Positions 8,987 to 17,942 of a stretch of DNA of 64,000 nt are shown here, piece by piece. The notes beneath the pieces are model-generated. The model was not told where the DNA came from. It searched no databases and saw only the letters and a program-made list of their open reading frames with translations. The first letter of the stretch is position 1, and every line of letters begins with the position of its first letter. Made by a program: the position numbers and the translations under genes. This stretch comes from an uncultured virus (IMG/VR IMGVR_UViG_3300035696_000009) (Duplodnaviria > Heunggongvirae > Uroviricota > Caudoviricetes), in IMG/VR virus record IMGVR_UViG_3300035696_000009, one strand, 5' to 3'.

Positions 8987-10065
8987 GCGGCGTCACGATC
9001 CACGTCTCGACGGCGCACGGCGGCGAGGGGTGGTGCGAGCACCTTGCGTCGAGGCTCTCGAGCATCCACGCAGGAGCGCACGTGCGGGTGAGCGAGGGCG
9101 CGGAGGACGACGTCTTCGTCTGGATGGACGAGATGGGCGACGTCGCCGAGGGCGCGGGGGCGAGCTGCGACGAGTGCGCGCCGGTGGGTGCGGACGCGGG
9201 TGAGCGCGGAAGCCTCGACCGCGTCATCAGCGCGGCGGACGACCTGGCGGCTCGCGTGCTCGGCGAGTGTAGGGTCATCCGCAAGGCTTGGGGTCGATCC
9301 GCGCGCCGGACGCCTTATCCGCTGCGGGCCTGGTTGTTCGCCCTCGTGGGAGCCTGTACGTCCCTGGCCACGGCGGGATGCTCCACCGACACCTTCCTGT
9401 ACCCTGACGGCGGCGATCCAGGGGACGCGCAGACGGATGCGGCGGTGGAGTCTGGTCGGGCGGACGCGGACGCTGCGGTCGATGGCCCCGTGACGGTGGA
9501 CGCCAGCACCGACTCCGCGGAGGCGGACGCGCATGTCCAGGCCTACAGGCGCGTCTTCATCACCTCGGGGGACTACTCGGCGAATTTTGGTGGTTCCTCC
9601 GGGGCCGATTCGACGTGCGGTTCTGTCGCGACGGGCGCGGGGCTCGGCGGCACGTGGGCCGCGTGGCTCTCCACGTCGACGTCGAGCGCCGCCTCGCGCC
9701 TCGAGCACGCGAGCGTCCCGTACCAGTTGCTCGACGGCACCGTCGTCGCGAACGATTGGACGGGCCTCGCGTCCGGATCGCTCCTCCACGCCATCGATCG
9801 GGACGAGCACAACACGCTCGTGCTGGTCAACGAAACCACGGCGCCTTTCTCCGGGGTCGCCTGGACGGGCACCGCGCCCGACGGCACGACGCTCGCCGGG
9901 TGCAACAGCTCGTCCGGTTGCACGTGCGCGAACTGGACCGAGGGCAGCGATAGTTACGCCGGCTCTTTCGGCCTCGGTTCCTCCACGAACTCGAGCTGGA
10001 CGGAGGAGAATTATCTCTACGTCTGCGGGCAGCAGTACTCGCTCTACTGCATCGAGCAGCCGTGA
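8983..10065 (+). CDS. paralogous DUF1554-like lipoprotein with N-terminal extension
   Basis: RRVFITS...WAAWLS...LYCIEQP; internal lipobox-like TAGC; GTG overlap. Confidence 0.75.
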   Translation: MSGVTIHVSTAHGGEGWCEHLASRLSSIHAGAHVRVSEGAEDDVFVWMDEMGDVAEGAGASCDECAPVGADAGERGSLDRVISAADDLAARVLGECRVIRKAWGRSARRTPYPLRAWLFALVGACTSLATAGCSTDTFLYPDGGDPGDAQTDAAVESGRADADAAVDGPVTVDASTDSAEADAHVQAYRRVFITSGDYSANFGGSSGADSTCGSVATGAGLGGTWAAWLSTSTSSAASRLEHASVPYQLLDGTVVANDWTGLASGSLLHAIDRDEHNTLVLVNETTAPFSGVAWTGTAPDGTTLAGCNSSSGCTCANWTEGSDSYAGSFGLGSSTNSSWTEENYLYVCGQQYSLYCIEQP

Positions 10066-10195
10066 TGACCGAGATCCTCGGTTAGTCGCAAACCGCCACG
10101 CGATCCCGCCACGCGAGGACATTGATTCGCCTCGTCTTTTCGGCTGGTCTTTTCGGGCGGGATGGAGCAAAATCCCTCTTGACTTAGAGCGACCG

Positions 10196-10251
10196 TAATA
10201 GGTGACGGGCGGTCTTCGTCGTGGCTGCTGCATTTCGACGGACCCGTCACC
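10196..10251 (+). promoter_or_regulatory. AATAGGTG element variant plus downstream hairpin
   Basis: TAATAGGTGA; inverted repeat GGTGACGGG...CCCGTCACC. Confidence 0.45.
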
Positions 10252-10304
10252 ATGAACACACAAGCCGCCCCGCGAGCTGTCCCTCAATTTATGAGGATTG
10301 CGCC

Positions 10305-11573
10305 TTGAACGGCCAAGGCCCGCACTCGCAGCAGCACGGGTACGTCCCGGGCCTGCCGGAGTACTTCACCCACAACCAGTACGGGCAGGTCGCCCCGTTC
10401 GGTTACGCGTTCAACCGCCAGGGCGAACTCGTCCAGCTCCCTTACGCGCCGTACGCCGAGGGGCCGCAGATCGCGTGGGAGTCGCCCGACAACCCCGACT
10501 ACCTCCAGTACGCCCAGGGCCGATCGACGATCGAGAACCAGCCCAGCCCAGACCCGCGCCTGCCCGCTCGCTACGGCAAGCAGGACTCCGTCGGGCACCG
10601 CGCGCCGATCACGCACCAGGACGTCGCCATCGTCCCGCTGAGCGAGAGGCTCAGGCGCCGGGACGGCGACGACATCGCGCAGCAGGAGGAAGGGACCTGG
10701 AGCCCAGCGACCTTCGACACGCCGGCCTCGCCGGTGCGCATCCGCTGGGAACTCGGGCGCGAGATCCTCGGCGTCGTGCAGGTCGACCCGCCTGCGCCCA
10801 GCAGCAACTCCCCGCTCCTCGTCGTGCCGGTGGGTTCGAGCGAACCCGCGACGCCGTTCTTCGGCGGGGCCGTCTCGATCGCCGTCGCGGCGTTCGGGCA
10901 CCTCGGCACCCAGCGCCAGATGGCGTTCGACGTGCGGCCGGGCACCATGGTGAAGCTCCCGACGGTCGATTCGTTCCTCCGGATCGCCGGGCGCATCGTC
11001 CCGCGCTACTTCGCCCACGCGGACACCGGCGCGGAGCCGGACATTCTCCGGACGTACCTCCTCTACCCCGGCGGCCCCGAACTCACGAACGATTCGTTCT
11101 CGGACCTGCCCCCGAACATCATGGAGCTTCAGGGGAACATCCCAGGCACGATCGTGAACGCCGGGGCGCAGCAGGTCCCCGTGATCTTCTCGGGGTGGCC
11201 CGCCGAGGGCCTCTCCCCGACGCCCGACCAGGAGACGCTCCCGACGCGCATCTTTAACGGCAGCGTGCCGTCGAGCGGTCCCTCGCCTGCGCCCTTCACG
11301 AACCGCGCGCGGATCCCCATCCCGCACGGCGCGATCTCGGTCGCGATCTTCGGGGGGTTCTACAACCCCGCGGACACGCCCGCCGCGGTCACGGTCGAGT
11401 GGACGCAGAACCTCGACATCCCTGGGGCGACTGTCGGGCCGTTCCCGTCCGACCCGGAGTCGCCCGTGCCGATCGTGCCCGGCGCCACGTCCATCGACGT
11501 CTTCGGCGGCAACAGCGCCGCCGCGGGGTCCATCGAGATCCCGTTCTTCGCGTTCTTCTATATCAATGTTTGA
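10305..11573 (+). CDS. putative structural protein (beta-rich C-terminus)
   Basis: TTG start after GAGGA; Pro-rich, beta-strand pattern. Confidence 0.7.
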   Translation: MNGQGPHSQQHGYVPGLPEYFTHNQYGQVAPFGYAFNRQGELVQLPYAPYAEGPQIAWESPDNPDYLQYAQGRSTIENQPSPDPRLPARYGKQDSVGHRAPITHQDVAIVPLSERLRRRDGDDIAQQEEGTWSPATFDTPASPVRIRWELGREILGVVQVDPPAPSSNSPLLVVPVGSSEPATPFFGGAVSIAVAAFGHLGTQRQMAFDVRPGTMVKLPTVDSFLRIAGRIVPRYFAHADTGAEPDILRTYLLYPGGPELTNDSFSDLPPNIMELQGNIPGTIVNAGAQQVPVIFSGWPAEGLSPTPDQETLPTRIFNGSVPSSGPSPAPFTNRARIPIPHGAISVAIFGGFYNPADTPAAVTVEWTQNLDIPGATVGPFPSDPESPVPIVPGATSIDVFGGNSAAAGSIEIPFFAFFYINV

Positions 11574-11605
11574 TTTTTGACCGAGAAAGAGAAAGAGGAC
11601 AACCC

Positions 11606-12547
11606 ATGCGTTCCGAAGAACTGTACATGAACCTCACGCCGCACGTGCTCTCTGCCTGCGTGAGCAAGGCGGGCGCGAGTAGCGACATGGCGAGCGTCAA
11701 GCAGATGGCCGACGCCATCGTGCGCGAGTGCGTCGGCGAGTGCGCCCGCCTCGGGCTGCTCGAGGACGTGGAGGCCGCGCCGGCGGAGCCGCTCGCGCAG
11801 CAGCCGCGTCAGTTCGGCACGCTGGAAACGACGGGGGCGCCCGCGCCGGCCCAGGACGTCGGGCATGGCCCGCAGGGCTTGCCCCGTTTCGTCGAGGCCG
11901 AGGTGCACGGCAACGGGGGCATCCCGATCGTCCCGGTTGGGCAGCCGCACCAGCCGGCGCAGCACTACAATGTCGTCGGGGGCCCGGGCGGGATGCAGCC
12001 GCCGGCCCAGGCCGCGGCGCCGGCCGCGCCGTGGTACCCGCCGCACCTCGCGCATCTCCACCAGCCGCAGCCGATGGCGCAGGCCGCTGTCCCGCCGCCG
12101 GTCACGAGCCCCGCTCAGGCGCAGGTCCAGGTAGGGCAGGACGTGCCCTGGTACCCGCCGCACCTCGCGCATCTCCATCGCCAGCAGCCGCCCCCCGCGG
12201 CAGCCGTGCCGGTCGTGGGGCAACCCAGCCAGGTGCCGCAGGCCCAGGTGGCGACCGGCGCCGGGGTCGTCGCGTCGCAGATGCGCCCGTACGACGTCGG
12301 CGGGACGAAGATCGTGCCGCCCACGGGCAGCACGTTCCAGCCGCCGAACCAGGCGGGCGTCATGAACAACGTCGTTCACGTGGCGACGCCGCAGGGGCAC
12401 TCGGCGCTCGGGACCGACGGCGTCATCGCGCAGCCGATCCAGCGGCCGAACAGCCAGGACACGATCGTCGCGCCGGGCAACCAGGCCGTGATCACGCAGG
12501 CCGGCGGGGCCGGGACACAGTACGTCCCCGAGCGCATCTCGCACTGA
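11606..12547 (+). CDS. Pro/Gln-rich protein
   Basis: GAGGA RBS; PWYPPHLAHLH occurs twice. Confidence 0.75.
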   Translation: MRSEELYMNLTPHVLSACVSKAGASSDMASVKQMADAIVRECVGECARLGLLEDVEAAPAEPLAQQPRQFGTLETTGAPAPAQDVGHGPQGLPRFVEAEVHGNGGIPIVPVGQPHQPAQHYNVVGGPGGMQPPAQAAAPAAPWYPPHLAHLHQPQPMAQAAVPPPVTSPAQAQVQVGQDVPWYPPHLAHLHRQQPPPAAAVPVVGQPSQVPQAQVATGAGVVASQMRPYDVGGTKIVPPTGSTFQPPNQAGVMNNVVHVATPQGHSALGTDGVIAQPIQRPNSQDTIVAPGNQAVITQAGGAGTQYVPERISH

Positions 12548-12591
12548 CGTTCCTCTGAATCAGAGATTACTCACGGAGGCAGGTCATCCCG

Positions 12592-12852
12592 ATGCCGAGA
12601 GAGAGCGAGCGCGAGCGGAGCCCCGATTACGCCAAACTCTCGCTCTACCTCGGCGCGGTGTCGATTGTGGGCGCCGGCCTCTACGCCTACTGGCAGATCC
12701 GGAGAGCGGAGACCGAGATGCGATACCGCGCCAAATACGAGGAGGCGAAGAACGCCATCCGGCAAGTGCAGCAGGCTTACGGCCTGCAGCCGACCGGGAA
12801 GCTCGACGAGCCGACCCGCGCGCTCTTCTCGAGACTCGGGGCGGCGCAGTGA
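12592..12852 (+). CDS. TM-anchored peptidoglycan-binding protein
   Basis: N-terminal TM; AIRQVQQAYGLQPTGKLDEPT. Confidence 0.75.
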   Translation: MPRESERERSPDYAKLSLYLGAVSIVGAGLYAYWQIRRAETEMRYRAKYEEAKNAIRQVQQAYGLQPTGKLDEPTRALFSRLGAAQ

Positions 12853-13148
12853 CGGCGCTCGCCCGGTGCAAGTGCGGGGCGGTGCTCCAGCCGTACAACC
12901 GTTCCGGGCTCTGCTCGGCCTGCTACCACGAGCGCGCGAGGGAGAGGCGCGAGGGGTCGCTCGCGCAGAAGAAGGGCCGGAAATGCGAGTGGTGCCTCGA
13001 GCGCGGCCACTCGCAGGACACCTGCGAGATGAAGAGGGCGGGCATGCGCCCCACGTTCATCGACTACGTCCCGCCGGAACCAGTGCCGCGCTACAGCGAA
13101 CTCTTCCAGCTCTACGTGAGGCGCGTCCCCCAGAGACAAGAAGGATGA
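12849..13148 (+). CDS. Zn-finger/knuckle protein
   Basis: CKC...CSAC and CEWC-x4-H-x4-C. Confidence 0.65.
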   Translation: MTALARCKCGAVLQPYNRSGLCSACYHERARERREGSLAQKKGRKCEWCLERGHSQDTCEMKRAGMRPTFIDYVPPEPVPRYSELFQLYVRRVPQRQEG

Positions 13149-13501
13149 TGAGAATGAACCAGGCCGCGATGCCCAACGAGATCACGATCCAGGCGCCCCA
13201 GGACACCCAGAGGCGCCTCATCCACTTTGTGACTGAGTTCCTGAACCGCGGCTACCGCGTCCGCGACGCGGTCGCGGCCGGTTTCAAGGCTCTGAGCGAT
13301 TCGTTCGGCGTGGGCAGCGAGGTGCGCGTCACCGAGGAGGCGTTCGAGAAGACGGTCGCGTACTTCGAGAAGGCCGTCGAGACGTACCGCGCGCAGCAGG
13401 AGGCGGGACGCCAGGCCGTCGGCGGCGGGCTCTACGTCGAGACGGTCCCCGAAGACGAGTACCGCGAGCGCCTCGGATCGCTCGAGCGGCTCCCGAAATG
13501 A
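13145..13501 (+). CDS. hypothetical protein
   Basis: Start at ATGATG overlapping the upstream stop. Confidence 0.65.
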   Translation: MMRMNQAAMPNEITIQAPQDTQRRLIHFVTEFLNRGYRVRDAVAAGFKALSDSFGVGSEVRVTEEAFEKTVAYFEKAVETYRAQQEAGRQAVGGGLYVETVPEDEYRERLGSLERLPK

Positions 13502-13683
13502 GCGGCCACGCTTGGCGGGAGCGCCGGTGGGGCGCGCGCCGCCAAGCGTTCGGTGTAGGCCTTGTTGGCGCAGGAACCTACTGCGATCCCCACGCATGGA
13601 AAAACGCGTTCGGGGGTCGTCAAGAGATTTCCGGAAAATTTGAAAACGCTTCTCTTGTGGTAGGCTTGCCTGGACTGCGGCGT

Positions 13684-13693
13684 GAATAGGTGC
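13684..13693 (+). promoter_or_regulatory. GAATAGGTGC candidate late promoter element
   Basis: Identical 10-mer at 29567 and 45248, each 62-76 nt upstream of an operon start. Confidence 0.65.
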
Positions 13694-13755
13694 ACGGCGC
13701 TTTCGATTCTGAGTTTCGGTTCTCGTCAACAACTCACATCGAGAGGAATGCACCC

Positions 13756-14253
13756 ATGACTGATTACGCAGCGGCTGCCGTGCAGCCCATCGTCCAGGGC
13801 CTCATCACCGTGTCCGCCCTCGGCGGGGTGGTGTCTTTCACGGGAAGAGGAGCGCTCCTCGTGCCGAGCGCGCAAGCATCTCCGAACGGCGTTGGGCGCG
13901 ACAACACGCACCCGCAGGGCGTCTTCGTCCTGACGCTCGACCAAGGACTGCCGGGCAACGCGGGCGAGGTCGAACCGACCCCCGATGGCGCGCTCACCCC
14001 AGCAGCCCCGCTCCCGCGCACGCTCGTCGATGTGAGGGCTCCCATCGTCGCGGGTGCGCCCACGGTGACGACTCTCATCTCCGTGTCGGTGGCCTACGGC
14101 AACTTCACGGTGCCAGCTCCCGCAGACGGCGGGCTCAGGCAGGTCATGATCGTGGTCTCGACGTCCGGCGTCGTCGGCGGCCTCGCGGACCCCTTTACCC
14201 CGAACGCGAACGGCCTCGAAGTCGTCGTGTGGGCCGGCGTGGAGTCGCCATGA
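13756..14253 (+). CDS. MTDYA-family paralog 1
   Basis: MTDYAAAAVQPIVQG...LTLDQGLPG...EVVVW. Confidence 0.85.
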   Translation: MTDYAAAAVQPIVQGLITVSALGGVVSFTGRGALLVPSAQASPNGVGRDNTHPQGVFVLTLDQGLPGNAGEVEPTPDGALTPAAPLPRTLVDVRAPIVAGAPTVTTLISVSVAYGNFTVPAPADGGLRQVMIVVSTSGVVGGLADPFTPNANGLEVVVWAGVESP

Positions 14254-14714
14254 CGGACTACGCAGCAGCCCCGGTGCAGCCGATCGTTCAAGGGCTCATC
14301 TCGTTCGTGAACCCGGATGTCCCCGGGGACGGGATCTCCTTCTTCGGGATCGGCGTGATTCAGACTGGTCCGAACGGGCCCTCCTACGTGGGCCCGGGCC
14401 ATTACATCCTCACGCTCGATCCGGGGCTCCCGGGCGACGTCGCCATCGACCCGGCCGCCGGGCTCTTCCAGATGACGGTCCGCGGGCCGTCAGGCATCGT
14501 GGCCGGCGCCCCCACCGCCATCGATTCGAAGGCGGTCAACTACATCCTCTCGCCGGTCCGGGGCGTGGGCGCGACGAAGATCGAGATCTTCCTCGCGGCC
14601 GGCGCCACGCCGACAGACTTCGAGACGGGGCTCGAGATCGTCCTCCGGCGCGGGGACGCGGGCGTCGAGCTGGTGAACGCGAACCTCATCGGCCCGCTCT
14701 TCCCGAACAACTAA
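14250..14714 (+). CDS. MTDYA-family paralog 2
   Basis: MTDYAAAPVQPIVQG...LTLDPGLPG. Confidence 0.85.
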   Translation: MTDYAAAPVQPIVQGLISFVNPDVPGDGISFFGIGVIQTGPNGPSYVGPGHYILTLDPGLPGDVAIDPAAGLFQMTVRGPSGIVAGAPTAIDSKAVNYILSPVRGVGATKIEIFLAAGATPTDFETGLEIVLRRGDAGVELVNANLIGPLFPNN

Positions 14715-14787
14715 CGACGGGCGCCCGGAGCGGCGACGATCTTCTTGTCGAAATCGTCGCCGCGACGGCGCCTCACGAAGGAGTGCC

Positions 14788-15228
14788 ATGACCGACTACG
14801 CAGCAGCGCCGATCCAACCGATCGTCCAGGGCCTCCTCACGGTGGACCCCGTGACGCTCGTACCGACGTTCGAGGGCAAGGGCGTTGCGTCGGTGACGCG
14901 CACCGTCGCTGGGACGTCGATCCTCTACACCCTCACGCTCGACGAGGGCCTTCCCGGAAACGCCGGCGAACTTCAACCAGGACCCACCTTTGCCCTCATC
15001 CTCCAGCAGCCGGACGCGCGCACGCTCGTCACCGCCAGGGGGAGCATCACGAACGCAGTGCCGGGCGCGACATCGGTCGCGGGCATCGGCGTTGCCTACG
15101 GGCAGATCGGGGAGGACGGTGGATTCAAGGCCGTACTGATCGTGTTCACGGACGCGACGCACACGGCGGTCGACCCGACAGGAGCCGTCGCGAACGGCGC
15201 GGAGATCATCGTCTGGAAGGGGTTGTGA
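14788..15228 (+). CDS. MTDYA-family paralog 3
   Basis: MTDYAAAPIQPIVQG...LTLDEGLPG...EIIVW. Confidence 0.85.
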   Translation: MTDYAAAPIQPIVQGLLTVDPVTLVPTFEGKGVASVTRTVAGTSILYTLTLDEGLPGNAGELQPGPTFALILQQPDARTLVTARGSITNAVPGATSVAGIGVAYGQIGEDGGFKAVLIVFTDATHTAVDPTGAVANGAEIIVWKGL

Positions 15229-15231
15229 CCG

Positions 15232-15756
15232 GTGACTGATTACGCCGCCGCCCCGTCCGAGCCCATCGTTCAGGGGCTCATCACGATCGTCTCGGTCCAG
15301 ACGGTTCCGACCCCCTCGTTCAGCGGGCGCGGCGTCTCGTCTATCGTGCGTACCCCCGCGGGCGCACCCTTCATGGGGCAGCCAGCCGGTGACTACCTCC
15401 TCACGCTCGACGAGGGCCTGCCGGGAGACGTCGCCATCGACCCCATCTTCGGGAGGTCATTCATCACAATCAGAGGATCGTTGCCGAATCCGGTCCACGG
15501 CTCCACGACGATCGACCAGAAGTCGATCTCCTACGCCGCGAGCCCGTCGCCCGGGGTCTACGTCCTCAACCCGGTGCCCGGCATCGGCTCGAACGTGGTG
15601 CGTGTCACCCTCGTCGCGTCCGTCACGGGCCTCGCGACCGACCCGATCGGCACCGACGGCAACGGGTGCGAGATCGTGATCTGGCGCGGCAACGCCGGAC
15701 CCGACAGCTACTCGACGAACCTCGTGGGACCGCTCTTCGCGCCTATCGAAACCTGA
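15232..15756 (+). CDS. MTDYA-family paralog 4
   Basis: TDYAAAPSEPIVQG...LTLDEGLPG...EIVIW. Confidence 0.85.
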   Translation: MTDYAAAPSEPIVQGLITIVSVQTVPTPSFSGRGVSSIVRTPAGAPFMGQPAGDYLLTLDEGLPGDVAIDPIFGRSFITIRGSLPNPVHGSTTIDQKSISYAASPSPGVYVLNPVPGIGSNVVRVTLVASVTGLATDPIGTDGNGCEIVIWRGNAGPDSYSTNLVGPLFAPIET

Positions 15757-15760
15757 CATC

Positions 15761-16216
15761 ATGCCCGACTACGCAGCAGCACCCATCCAACCGATCGTCG
15801 AGGGGATCGTCACGTTCCCGGGAGGCCCGGGAACGCAGCCGTTCTTCGACGGCAAGGGCGTCTCCGCGATCACGCGCGCCGCGGGCTTCCCGTTGGGCGT
15901 GTACATCTTGACGCTTGATGCCGGTCTGCCGGGCAACGCGGGCGCCGTCCCTTTCGCAGCGTCCTCCCTTCAGCCACCGGCGCCGGCGTTTCCGCCGGAC
16001 CCCGATGTGCGGACGATGGTCACGCCGATCACCACTTTCCCGGCGGTCGCCTTCGTCCAGTCGATCGGGGTGAGCTACATCCCGAGCGCGCTGTCCGGCG
16101 TCGGCGCACCGCAGATCGAGATCGTGATCACGGAGGCCGTCTTCCTGCCGTTCGATCCCGCCAACGGGTTCCAAGTCGTCGTCTGGAGAGGGCTTGGAGG
16201 AGGGCCAGTGCCATGA
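15761..16216 (+). CDS. MTDYA-family paralog 5
   Basis: MPDYAAAPIQPIVEG...LTLDAGLPG. Confidence 0.85.
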   Translation: MPDYAAAPIQPIVEGIVTFPGGPGTQPFFDGKGVSAITRAAGFPLGVYILTLDAGLPGNAGAVPFAASSLQPPAPAFPPDPDVRTMVTPITTFPAVAFVQSIGVSYIPSALSGVGAPQIEIVITEAVFLPFDPANGFQVVVWRGLGGGPVP

Positions 16217-16635
16217 CCGATTACGCTGTCACTCCTTTCCAACCCATCGTCCAGGGCGTCGTGACGTTCCCGAACGGCGTCGGCCCCTCGACGCCGGTCG
16301 AGTTCACCGGCGTTGGAGTGTCGGCGATCTCGCGGGCCGTAGGCTTCCCGCTCGGAGCGTACGTGCTCGACCTCGACGAAGGGCTCCCCGGCAACGCGGG
16401 GGCCGTGCAGCCCGGCGCCTCGCCGATCAGCGACCCGAACGTCCGCACGATGGTGACGGTGCGCGGGAGCGGCGCCCCGCCGATCTCGATCATCTCCACC
16501 ACGGCCGTCCTCTACCTCCTCAGCCCGACCCCGGGCGTCGGAGCCGACCAGGTGCTCATCGTGATGCAGACGTTCCCGGTCGCGCTGGCAGACCCGCCGG
16601 CGGGCTTCGAAATCATCATCTGGGTGGTGCAGTAA
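16213..16635 (+). CDS. MTDYA-family paralog 6
   Basis: MTDYAVTPFQPIVQG...LDEGLPG...EIIIW. Confidence 0.85.
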   Translation: MTDYAVTPFQPIVQGVVTFPNGVGPSTPVEFTGVGVSAISRAVGFPLGAYVLDLDEGLPGNAGAVQPGASPISDPNVRTMVTVRGSGAPPISIISTTAVLYLLSPTPGVGADQVLIVMQTFPVALADPPAGFEIIIWVVQ

Positions 16636-17153
16636 TGGCCGACTACGCCGGAGTCCCCGTTCAGCCAGTCGCGCAGGCGCTCCTCACGATCGACGCCGCC
16701 AACAACCCCCAGATCACGGGTCGGGGGTTCTCCACCGTGGTTCGCGCGTCGGCGAACCCCGGCGATTTCCTCATCACGATGGACGAGGGCACCGGCGCCG
16801 CCGACGTTGGATCGGGTCCCGACTTCACCGTGGGCGTCATCGGGCCGAACGGCCTCGACCCGAGGTTCGCGAGGGTGAGCCTCACGATGCGTGGCGGCAC
16901 GAATCCTCCGGGGACCACGTCCATTCAGGAGCGCAGCGTGTCGATTACGTCGACGCCCGGGGAGGGCGCGACGCAGATCCGCGTCTCGCTGCGCGACGCG
17001 GGTAACGCGCCCACCGATCCGATGGGCGCAGGCGTCCCGAACGCGAACGGCAGCGGGCTCGAGATCATGGTGTGGAACGGCAACGCGGGTCCCGACAACG
17101 CGCAGGCGGTGCTCGTCGGGCCGCTCTTCCAGGGGGCGATGCAGTTCCCATGA
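16635..17153 (+). CDS. MTDYA-family paralog 7
   Basis: MADYAGVPVQPVAQ...ITMDEG...EIMVW; start at TAATG overlap. Confidence 0.85.
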   Translation: MADYAGVPVQPVAQALLTIDAANNPQITGRGFSTVVRASANPGDFLITMDEGTGAADVGSGPDFTVGVIGPNGLDPRFARVSLTMRGGTNPPGTTSIQERSVSITSTPGEGATQIRVSLRDAGNAPTDPMGAGVPNANGSGLEIMVWNGNAGPDNAQAVLVGPLFQGAMQFP

Positions 17154-17488
17154 ACCGCACCCACTATTATCCTCACTGGGATTGGTACGGCGACGAGAGG
17201 TCGGGCCTCGATGTCTCGCTCCCGCCGTGGTGGACCGCGATCCCGATGGCGACCCCGTTCGGGCTCGGGAAATGGGGCGCGGACACGCTCAAGCAGAACA
17301 TCGGGAGCGGCGGCAGCCGCGCCCCGGGGTCGCACTCGCTCACGGACTGGTCGACGCTCCTCAAAGTGGGGTTCGTCGTGGGCGTCGGGCTCACCGCGTA
17401 TCTCATTTATCGAGGATTGCGCACGTCGGCGGTCATGTCGCGCGAGTCGATCCGCGGCGCGCTCAGCAGCGAGGGGGGAGGCGCCTGA
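17150..17488 (+). CDS. small membrane protein
   Basis: MNRTHYYPHWDWYG; C-terminal TM. Confidence 0.7.
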   Translation: MNRTHYYPHWDWYGDERSGLDVSLPPWWTAIPMATPFGLGKWGADTLKQNIGSGGSRAPGSHSLTDWSTLLKVGFVVGVGLTAYLIYRGLRTSAVMSRESIRGALSSEGGGA

Positions 17489-17931
17489 TGGGATACTTTA
17501 CCTCGGGCCCGTACTACGGGAGCGACGTCGCCGGAGCGCCGCTCGGGATCGCGCAGGCGTTCGAGAACGCCATCAAGTCGTACGGGCGCCCGAGCGCCGC
17601 GAGCACCGCGCCGCCGATCGCGCCCGCCCCGCCCCCGGGCGCCCCGCCGCAAACAACCTTCCCGTGGCTCGGCGTCGCGATGATCGTCGGGGCCGGCGCG
17701 CTCGGGGCCTTCCTGATCTACCGCGCCTCGAGCGCCGCGGAGAAATACGCCGGCCCGATCCACAAGTACGCCGGCCGAGCCGCGGGGGTCATGGCCGGCG
17801 CTCGTTACGGGAAAAGCCTGGGCGCGATCGCGGCGCTGACTCCCGGGCGCAACGGCGAGAAGAAACTTCTTCCGGAGAAGGGCGGCGAGATCGTCGTTTC
17901 TCCGGGAGACTACAAACTACTCACGGCATAG
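17488..17931 (+). CDS. small membrane protein
   Basis: MGYFTSGPYYGSDVAG; central TM. Confidence 0.7.
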   Translation: MGYFTSGPYYGSDVAGAPLGIAQAFENAIKSYGRPSAASTAPPIAPAPPPGAPPQTTFPWLGVAMIVGAGALGAFLIYRASSAAEKYAGPIHKYAGRAAGVMAGARYGKSLGAIAALTPGRNGEKKLLPEKGGEIVVSPGDYKLLTA

Positions 17932-17942
17932 AAGGAGACATC

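Noticed and set aside
13756..17153. Diversity-generating retroelement or shufflon behind the paralog array
   Set aside because: No reverse transcriptase or invertase, no near-identical TR/VR pair, and all copies are co-oriented and diverged throughout
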